Positions 7,977 through 14,675 of a stretch of 52,576 nucleotides of DNA are shown in pieces. Positions within the stretch are counted from its first letter, which is position 1. Every line of letters starts with the position of its first letter. Source of the DNA: Anaerolineales bacterium (GTDB lineage Bacteria > Chloroflexota > Anaerolineae > E26-bin7); the NCBI GenBank assembly GCA_004377365.1, contig SOHZ01000648.1, positions 1 to 52,576 on the forward strand. Reading direction: 5' to 3'. The position numbers and the translations under genes are program-made. The notes under the pieces are model-generated. The model was not told the origin of the DNA. It did no database searches and worked only from the letters and a program-made list of their open reading frames with translations.

Positions 7977-9239
7977 CTAGGCAGCCTGTTCCGCCAAGCG
8001 GTCCAGGTATCGCCGGATGGCGTCCTTGTATTCGCTGTATTCCGGCTCTCTCTCCAGGATGGTGAACTTGATCCATAGGGCAATGATTGGGTCGGTGATG
8101 TAATAGCGGTGGCCCTCCCGACCGATGAGGTCAAAGTCGGCCAGGCGCTTCAGATAAGAGCGCACCTCTCCCGGCGTTCGCTTGAGCGGAGCGGCGATCT
8201 CGGAGAGGGTCTGTTTGCCCCCTTCAGCCAGCACCAGCAACACCGAGCGCAACGTGGTCCTGCCCCGGGCCTCGGCCAACGACGTCTCTAGTCGGTGCTG
8301 GCAGTACTGGTAGATCCGCCCTTCCCGCGTCAGGATCTCCTCATAGATTGCCCGATCCAGGACATCACCGCCGGTTTTGTCCTGATCCAGCCGGCGCATG
8401 GCGGTCGTCAGGCAGTTCAGGTAAAAGGGGTGACCAGAGGTGAATTCGAACAGTCGAGCGATGGTCTCTTGCGTCAGCAGGTGCTCCGGTAGGCTCTTGC
8501 GGCAGAACTCGGCCGTGGCCGCCCGATCAAAGGGGGGCACAGGTACAACCTGGAACTGGTCAAAAAGAGGGGACGTCGCGGATTGCACGGTCCGCTTCAC
8601 CATGCTGGTGTTCGAACTGGCCACAATATAACCCACTTCGATCTGCCGGCTGAGGGCCTGGCCCACGACGCTTAGCATATCCTTGATGTGCGGAAAGCTG
8701 TCAAGCTGGGTGACATTATGGAACTCGTCCAGGATGACGAGCGGTTTCCTGCCCGTGTGCTGGGCCGTCTGTTCCAGGCAGGACAGAGTGATCTCTAGCA
8801 GCAGACGTTCGTCGGGCCGATCTTTCTCCATTTCTCGTGTCACCTGCCGGGCGGTGGCGACGATGGTCTCTTCCCGCGTCTGGTCAACGACTGTTAGCAA
8901 ACTGGCCGCGTCGAGTACCCCGCCCGATTGCTCCACCTGCCGGCCATCAGCCTCGACGAACGAATGGCCGATGGCCGCCAGCAAGCGGACGGCAAAGACA
9001 GAGGGCACAGAAAGGTTGCGGGCCACGTTGAAATACACGGGCACCAGGGGCGAATGGCGTTCGTGGAGGAGATCATCGGCGAATCGCTGAACGATCATTG
9101 TCTTGCCGATGCGCCACTGCCCGACCAGGGCCAGGTTCACGCCCTCGCCCTGCTGGATCAGATCGGCGTTGCGGTGCAGCGCCGCCAGAATCTCGTCCCG
9201 GTCAGTAAAGAGGGCACGTTCGTGTTCTCTGAGCAACAT
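7977..9239 (-). CDS. AAA+ ATPase (archaeal-ATPase/ORC-Cdc6-like) with C-terminal winged-helix domain
   Basis: Start refined to the ATG at 9239, preceded by GGGAGGTG. Walker A 'GQWRIGKT', Walker B 'LVILDEFHNV'. The C-terminus 'TLSEIAAPLKRTPGEVRSYLKRLADFDLIGREGHRYYITDPIIALWIKF' looks like a wHTH (DUF234-like). Confidence 0.75.
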   Translation of the reverse strand: MLLREHERALFTDRDEILAALHRNADLIQQGEGVNLALVGQWRIGKTMIVQRFADDLLHERHSPLVPVYFNVARNLSVPSVFAVRLLAAIGHSFVEADGRQVEQSGGVLDAASLLTVVDQTREETIVATARQVTREMEKDRPDERLLLEITLSCLEQTAQHTGRKPLVILDEFHNVTQLDSFPHIKDMLSVVGQALSRQIEVGYIVASSNTSMVKRTVQSATSPLFDQFQVVPVPPFDRAATAEFCRKSLPEHLLTQETIARLFEFTSGHPFYLNCLTTAMRRLDQDKTGGDVLDRAIYEEILTREGRIYQYCQHRLETSLAEARGRTTLRSVLLVLAEGGKQTLSEIAAPLKRTPGEVRSYLKRLADFDLIGREGHRYYITDPIIALWIKFTILEREPEYSEYKDAIRRYLDRLAEQAA

Positions 9240-9312
9240 ACCAGCACCTCCCTTTCGCCTCGTGTCAGAGCTCCAACGCATGTTCTACGCAGTCAAACGT
9301 GGATCTGGGAAG

Positions 9313-9378
9313 TTAGGCCAATTGGCCTAACTCTGCTAATTATAGTATAATTCTGGAAATTATGCCAATTGGCCTAAC
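9313..9378. promoter_or_regulatory. paired palindromic operator-like sites flanking an AT-rich -10 region
   Basis: A perfect 18-bp palindrome, ttaggccaattggcctaa, lies at 9313-9330. A second copy, gccaattggcctaac, lies at 9364-9378. 'tatagtataat' lies between them. The region is immediately upstream of the ATPase-wHTH gene. Confidence 0.4.
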
Positions 9379-9477
9379 CTGGCTGGAGGAGAATAACGGA
9401 AATGGAGCGACTCAGGTATGGGAAGAAAGAGACATAGGACATGTCACACAGACGAAGTGTTCCCCATCCGCTACTAT

Positions 9478-9825
9478 GGGACGGTTGTCTGCCTGGGGGT
9501 GGGCAGGGGTATCTGGGCTATCGCGCCGCTGGCCAAAGACCTGAGGGACGCCGGCAACCGGATCGTCTCTATCCTCGATGCCGGCGACGAGTTGGATCTT
9601 TTGTGGGAGGAGGCCATCCGGATCGTCAGCGATGAAGCGATTGTCTCTGCTCTGGATGGGTCGCGGGGAGAGCCCCTCCACGCGGGCCATCCTCTCTTTG
9701 AGCGACTGAGCTGGGGCGACGTCAACCTGGTCGTGGCCGTTGGGCCGATGGAAGAAGTCAAACGGCTGGGATTCATCGTCGAGGCGCAGGGATGTGCCTT
9801 CGTCGCGCTGCCGGCGGAGCGTTAG
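9478..9825 (+). pseudogene. fragment of an NfnA/PyrK-like FAD/NAD(P)-binding oxidoreductase (NAD-binding domain only)
   Basis: 'GTVVCLGVGRGIWAIAPLAKDLRDAGNRIVSILDAGDELDLLWEE...DGSRGE...VNLVVAVGPMEEVKRL' resembles the 'GGGvGiaP...G..v..i.g.r....l......TdDGS.G..G....DlvvaiGP..Mm' pattern. The N-terminal FAD domain and the C-terminal Fe-S segment are missing. Confidence 0.45.
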
Positions 9826-9912
9826 TGCGAGGAGTTAGATGTCTTGACTGCAATAGGCAAGAACCCACCACAGGCGAAGAGAGAAGGTATGAAAACCGTC
9901 GTCGCCGGCGCG

Positions 9913-10190
9913 TTGGGCGGGTGCTCATCGAGGCCATGGCTTGCGGGGTGCCCGTGATTGGTTCGCGTTCAGGTGAGATCCCTCACGTCATCGGTCAGGC
10001 CGGGCTGACCTTCACCGAGGGTGATGTCCAGGAGCTCAGAGCCAGGCTTTCTCAATTGATGGACGCCCCGGCTCTCCGTGCAGACCTGGCCAGGCGAGGG
10101 CGAGAGCGGGTGCTGGCTCATTACACTCAGGCCAGGATCGCCGCTGAGACCCACGAGGTGTACCGCCAACTGCTGAACCGGACCGAATAG
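9913..10190 (+). pseudogene. 3'-terminal fragment of a GT4 glycosyltransferase, a duplicate of 4324-4601
   Basis: 'RVLIEAMACGVPVIGSRSGEIPHVIGQAGLTFTEGDVQELRARLSQLMDAPALRADLARRGRERVLAHYTQARIA' is near-identical to the C-terminus of ORF 3486-4601. Over the first ~230 nt the identity is roughly 90% by eye, and the last ~30 nt diverge. No N-terminal GT domain lies upstream. Confidence 0.75.
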
Positions 10191-10217
10191 GGATTGAGGT
10201 CTAATGCAGTTCAGTTA

Positions 10218-10350
10218 AGCGCCGTCGGTTGAGTAGTGAAACGTATCGAAACCACGACGCGGCTCATGCAATGCGAAATCCATTACAAAAGCCGCTCGCG
10301 TGGCCTCGATACAGTCTTCCGCTACGCTCCAGACCTACTCGGCCGACGCT
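10218..10350. repeat. long nested-hairpin repeat element (family with 25432-25601)
   Basis: Outer arms are agcgccgtcggttgagtag / ctactcggccgacgct. Inner arms are cgtatcgaaaccacgacgcggc / gccgctcgcgtggcctcgatac. The signature words gagtag, cgtatcga, tcgatac and ctactc are shared with the second copy. Confidence 0.6.
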
Positions 10351-10479
10351 CGCTCCCTTATCTAAACCGTATTGGATCTAGTCCCCTGGATTGTGATCCG
10401 CCGCGACCCGCGTAAAAACACAGGGGAACGGAACAACCCGCTCCCCTGTTGACTCGTTGACTTGTTGACCCCCCCCAGC

Positions 10480-11469
10480 TTACGGCGTGGTCTCGGTGGG
10501 TACCGTGCTGGGCGCAATGGTGGCCCCGGACATGGTCTCACCGGGCGTCAGATTGAGGAAGGGAACAAAGCTGCCGGGAGGCATGATGCCCCAGGTGACC
10601 CTGCCCTGTGGGTCGCTCAGGGATTCCACAAATTGCAGTTGGATGATGGCCGGGTACTCTGCCAGGGCTTCACCCTTAACCTGGATGGCTCCTGCCTCCG
10701 CGTCCGCCAGCAGTTTCACCTTTTCCGCATCGCCCCTGGCTCGTTCGATGGTAGACTGGGCCTCACCTTTGGCCATCTCGACCTGGGCCTGAGCGCGATA
10801 AACTGCCTGCTCAGCCTTGTGCTGCTCCGTGATGATGGTCTCAGCCTCGATCTGTTTCTGCTCCACGGCCTGCCTGTAATCCTCGGTGAACTCTATCTTG
10901 CGCAGGCCGAAACTGTCGAGGACGATTCCCTTCTCGGCAAAAAGGGGCGTGAGCAACTCTTCAAATTGATCCTGGACTGCCTGGATGTTCCCCGTGTAGA
11001 GGTCGAGGGCCGCGTATTCCTTGGGAATGTTACGGGCCAGGATGCGGCTGTGGAACTTTACCACTTTCTCCACCACATCTCGCTCGTCACCGATGTTGTT
11101 GGCGATCCAGTCCACCCTCGCCGGGTCAATGCGGAAGCGAATGGAATACTTCAGGATGATCTGCTGCCCGTCCGCGGTGGTGGTATCCGTGGGAAAGTCC
11201 ACGTACTCAGCCTGTGACTCCGCCTCGCCAACGGTTTGGTAGATGATCTCCTGGGTGCGATAGCGCTCCACCCCCTCAATGAGAGGCATCTTCCAGTTCA
11301 GGCCCGGCTGCATGAGCCTTCCCGTCACTGCTCCGAAGCGAGTGACTACTCCCACTGTGCCGTATTGGATCTGGACATAACTTGAGGATGCCAGGATCAG
11401 AACCAAGAACACCACCCCGGCGACGATCAGCACACTGCAACTGGGCAACGCAACCTGTTGCTTTCTCAT
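10480..11469 (-). CDS. SPFH/Band-7 (prohibitin/HflK-C-like) membrane protein
   Basis: N-terminal TM helix 'VLIVAGVVFLVLILA'. 'VVTRFGAVTGRLMQPGLNWKMPLIEGV' and the coiled-coil 'EQKQIEAETIITEQHKAEQAVYRAQAQVEMAKGEAQ' are typical of Band 7. Confidence 0.8.
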   Translation of the reverse strand: MRKQQVALPSCSVLIVAGVVFLVLILASSSYVQIQYGTVGVVTRFGAVTGRLMQPGLNWKMPLIEGVERYRTQEIIYQTVGEAESQAEYVDFPTDTTTADGQQIILKYSIRFRIDPARVDWIANNIGDERDVVEKVVKFHSRILARNIPKEYAALDLYTGNIQAVQDQFEELLTPLFAEKGIVLDSFGLRKIEFTEDYRQAVEQKQIEAETIITEQHKAEQAVYRAQAQVEMAKGEAQSTIERARGDAEKVKLLADAEAGAIQVKGEALAEYPAIIQLQFVESLSDPQGRVTWGIMPPGSFVPFLNLTPGETMSGATIAPSTVPTETTP

Positions 11470-11675
11470 GTCAAAAACCTCCTTATCCTTTCTTCTCTTG
11501 ATCTTCGGCTTAATTTTCCCTTACGAGACCTCTCCATCCAGATAGGCCCCAGGTACATCCGCAAAAGTGTGGGCAGGATGTAGGTCAAGATGCTTCTGAG
11601 TGAAGCCTTCGCCGCCATCGGCTTTACAGCGCCCCGGCCGGCGGTGAGGCTGTACCCCGTTCCGGCTGGAGAGGG

Positions 11676-12392
11676 CTAAGGAGACGAGGCCGGAGTAGGG
11701 GTAGGCGGCGGGGGTGCCTCGACCACAGGGATGGAAGCGAGAGACCCTCTGACCTGGGCGTAGGAGACGGAAACCCAACCCCGGCCGATGGTGCCGGCTG
11801 GGTAAACGATTTGCAGCCAGGAGCTATCAGCGTTCTTGCCCACAATCTCCACCGCGTCGTTTTGCTGCAGTTGGCCGGCAACAGGGTAGTCGGTGCCTGG
11901 CCCCCTCCTGACGTTCAGGACCCCGGTGGTGATGGCAGCCCAAGGGGCGCCCGGCGGCAGAGTCACACTGGTCGGGGTGGTAGGAGCAGCGGCTGTCCCC
12001 TCCTCAATGACGTTAATGGTAATCGTGGCCGGGTCGCTGACCCGTCTGGCGGCATTGTAGGCCTTGACCGTCACGCTGTGGCTGCCGAGGACGGTGGCTG
12101 TCCACTCCTGGGTGACGCTAAAAGCGGGCTGCTGTTGAGAGCTGACGTCGGAGTGGACCAGCGAGCCGTCCACCCACAGTTCGACCCGGGTCACACCCTT
12201 GGCGTCGGTGGCGCTGGACTGGATGGCGACGGTTTCGCCTACCTTGACCTGGGTGCCGCTGGCCGGGGAGAGGATCGCCGCTGTTGGCTTTGTGCCGCCC
12301 CCAAGGCCGGGCAGTTCGCAGGCCAGAATGCCTGCCCCAAAAAGTAAGAGGACAGCGAGGGCCGCTATTCCCCGGAAGCGGAAGGGGAACAT
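11676..12392 (-). CDS. putative lipoprotein with Ig-like domain and bacterial SH3 domain
   Basis: Start refined to the ATG at 12392, after GGAAGGAGA. Signal/lipobox 'LLLFGAGILAC'. The Ig-like segment 'SPASGTQVKVGETVAIQSSATDAKGVTRVELWVDGSLVH...VTVKAYNAARRVSDPATITINV' is homologous to the first ectodomain of the two FHA proteins. The SH3b-like segment is 'GVLNVRRGPGTDYPVAGQLQQNDAVEIVGKNADSSWLQIVY'. Confidence 0.7.
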   Translation of the reverse strand: MFPFRFRGIAALAVLLLFGAGILACELPGLGGGTKPTAAILSPASGTQVKVGETVAIQSSATDAKGVTRVELWVDGSLVHSDVSSQQQPAFSVTQEWTATVLGSHSVTVKAYNAARRVSDPATITINVIEEGTAAAPTTPTSVTLPPGAPWAAITTGVLNVRRGPGTDYPVAGQLQQNDAVEIVGKNADSSWLQIVYPAGTIGRGWVSVSYAQVRGSLASIPVVEAPPPPTPTPASSP

Positions 12393-12460
12393 CTTTTCAC
12401 CGTCTCCTTCCCTGGTCAAGCCTTATTTGCCGCGCCGAGCCTTCGAAGGCGGACTTGGCC

Positions 12461-14527
12461 CTACGGCCTCTCAATGCGAGGCTCAACCCACACCGCCCAG
12501 TCCTGGCTGGGAGACCCGTTAGCCAGTAGTCTTAACGAGACATAGGAAGACCCCACAAAGATAGAGGGAAACTCAAAAGAGACATCCACAAGTGAGTTAT
12601 TATATGGCTTAACCTGGGTCCACGCCGTACTACCCCCGTTAGTGCCAGCTGTCACCATAAATCTCACATTGCCGGCGGCAGCATTCTTGAGGAATCCCAC
12701 CTTGGCCACGAACCTATCACCTGCTTGAATAGGCGAGGGCAAGTGGTACTTGCCTTGAATCCATCCGTCATTAACCCACTGAGGATGGGTTTCAAGCGCT
12801 TTCGGCCAGGTGCTCCCATCCTCAAGCTCCATACCGCCGACCGCTATGACGAAACCTTCATTGTCACCAGTGCCTCCTGGACACGGAAGCGAACCTGCCC
12901 CACTTGTCCAATTGGCATCACACATGTGGTCCATGAAATCGTATACCACCGTGGGGCCCGCAGGCGTTACATTAACCGTGACCGTCTTGTCCTCCGTGCT
13001 GGAATCCAGCTTGACTACGTGCAGGGTGTAGGTGGTAGTGGAAGCAGGACAAGTAGATCCCGACCAATGGGGACCGGTCACACCAGAGTTGGCGTACTCG
13101 GCACCGCTCAGGGTAGCTGTCTGCACGTTCTCAATGTGCACCCTCAGGGTTGTGCAATTCCCTGCGGTGATGGTATCGTCATCCACCGTGAACTCAATAA
13201 CCGATGAGGGAGGCGGCGGTTGGGTCGGCGTCGCCGTCGGAGTCTCCGTCGGAGTCGGAGTCGCCGTCGCCAGTGCGGGCACTACAATCTGCACGCTACA
13301 GGTCTGGCCAAAGACCTGCCCGTCGGGACTCTTCATCCGCCAGTGGCCGGTGTAGGTGCCCGGAGCGCTGGGCGCATACATGGTCACCCCAATGTCCACG
13401 TTGGCCCCCGCTGCGGTGGCGGGCACAGCCTGGGAAGGAGCAGCCCCCATCTGGTCGCCGGACACAAACACCCACGTGTACCCGCTCTCCCAGGGACAAC
13501 TGCCGCTGTTGCGGATGCGCCAAATCTTATCAACCTGTGTTCCAGGTGAGAAGACAGTCCCATCGGGCACGGTCACGTCGGCCACAAAGGCCGCATCCAG
13601 AGTGCAACCGGTGGGCGTGGGGGGGGGTGTCCCGGTGACGACGACAGGTGTCCCGGTCGCGGTGGGCGTACCTGGAGCCAGGGTGGATGTCACTTCACCT
13701 GGCCCAGGTGTGGTAGCCCCAGTGACGTTGACGGTGATGGCCTCCGGCTGGCTGACCCCTCCAGCAGCATTATAGGCTTTGAGCATCAGAGTATAGGTGC
13801 CAGGGGCCGACGCCCGCCAGGACTGCCGGGAGATGAAGGGCGATTGCCCCTGCGGGTTGGGACTGACGTCAGAGTGGTAGAGAACCCCATTGACCAACAG
13901 CTCGACACGGGTCACCCCTTTGGGATCGGTCGCCGTGACCTGGACAATGACCTCCTGTCCCACCGGCACCTGGCTGCCACTGGCAGGCGAGTTGATGACC
14001 ACCGTTGGCACTCCCCCGGCTATCTTCTTGCCCCGCTGGGTGTAAAGGTAGGCTCCAACGGCAGCCACGACGAGCAAGACGACAACCGCCGCGCCCAAGA
14101 GTCCCAAGGCCATCCACGACAGGCCCCCTGGCCCCTTCCTGGCCTCTGCCGGTGGGGCTGGCGGCGGGGCATAAGCTGGCGGCCGGGGGGCCGGCCCGAC
14201 TGCGGTCGGGTAAGCCCCCGCTACTGCCGGGCACTGAAAACCCAGTTGGGCCTTGCCCAGGCCGATGGTGTCGCCGTCGCGCAGGGCCTGGGCACCGGTG
14301 ACGCGCACACCGTTGACAAAGGTGCCGTTGGTGCTGCCCAGGTCCCTGATGACTGGCTGACCTCTTTCCCAGGTGATGCTGGCGTGGCGGCGAGAGACCT
14401 CAGAGTCAGTGACGACCACATCGCTGCCCACCACGCGGCCAAGAATGATGCTGTCCTTGGACACGGAAAAACGCTGGCCACGCTGGGGGCCTTGTTGTAC
14501 GGTTAAAGTAATAGAGGGTTGCTGCAT
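12461..14527 (-). CDS. FHA domain / TM / Ig-like / NBR1-like Ig / C-terminal unknown-domain protein (paralog 1)
   Basis: 688 aa with an AAGGAGG RBS. FHA segment: 'GRVVGSDVVVTDSEVSRRHASITWERGQPVIRDLGSTNGTFVNGVRV'. TM helix: 'WMALGLLGAAVVVLLVVAAVGAYL'. NBR1-like segment: 'AAFVADVTVPDGTVFSPGTQVDKIWRIRNSGSCPWESGYTWVFVSGDQMG..YAPSAPGTYTGHWRMKSPDGQVFG'. Confidence 0.8.
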   Translation of the reverse strand: MQQPSITLTVQQGPQRGQRFSVSKDSIILGRVVGSDVVVTDSEVSRRHASITWERGQPVIRDLGSTNGTFVNGVRVTGAQALRDGDTIGLGKAQLGFQCPAVAGAYPTAVGPAPRPPAYAPPPAPPAEARKGPGGLSWMALGLLGAAVVVLLVVAAVGAYLYTQRGKKIAGGVPTVVINSPASGSQVPVGQEVIVQVTATDPKGVTRVELLVNGVLYHSDVSPNPQGQSPFISRQSWRASAPGTYTLMLKAYNAAGGVSQPEAITVNVTGATTPGPGEVTSTLAPGTPTATGTPVVVTGTPPPTPTGCTLDAAFVADVTVPDGTVFSPGTQVDKIWRIRNSGSCPWESGYTWVFVSGDQMGAAPSQAVPATAAGANVDIGVTMYAPSAPGTYTGHWRMKSPDGQVFGQTCSVQIVVPALATATPTPTETPTATPTQPPPPSSVIEFTVDDDTITAGNCTTLRVHIENVQTATLSGAEYANSGVTGPHWSGSTCPASTTTYTLHVVKLDSSTEDKTVTVNVTPAGPTVVYDFMDHMCDANWTSGAGSLPCPGGTGDNEGFVIAVGGMELEDGSTWPKALETHPQWVNDGWIQGKYHLPSPIQAGDRFVAKVGFLKNAAAGNVRFMVTAGTNGGSTAWTQVKPYNNSLVDVSFEFPSIFVGSSYVSLRLLANGSPSQDWAVWVEPRIERP

Positions 14528-14675
14528 CTCATTTCCTCCTTAGTCTAGGGAGATTAAAGTCCACCGCCTTGGTATCGTTGGTGCCACCCTGGTTGTCGGC
14601 GGTGTAGAGCGTGATAGTAGCCCGGCACGGCATGCCGTTAGACTTGTCGGCGAGCCTGTTTGTGCCAATAGATGG

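Noticed and set aside
7772-8134. Cys-containing ORF ('CGTCRYYNPWKIASIGWCTNP...') downstream of the ATPase gene.
   Set aside because: Its only ATG lies 157 nt inside the ATPase CDS in another frame. No ATG, GTG or TTG start or RBS exists between the ATPase stop (7977) and the Cys motif. It is kept only as a possibility for a non-canonical start.
4602-9912. Calling the repeat-bounded segment a mobile_element feature.
   Set aside because: No integrase, transposase, relaxase or phage structural gene was recognised. Only an excisionase-type HTH is present, so it is reported as a finding rather than an annotated mobile element.
9792-10190. 132-aa ORF that could be taken as an intact small gene.
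   Set aside because: Only residues from 'RVLIEAMACG' onward are homologous to a GT4 C-terminus. The N-terminal 40 aa are Arg-rich filler with a non-ATG start. It is treated as a gene fragment.
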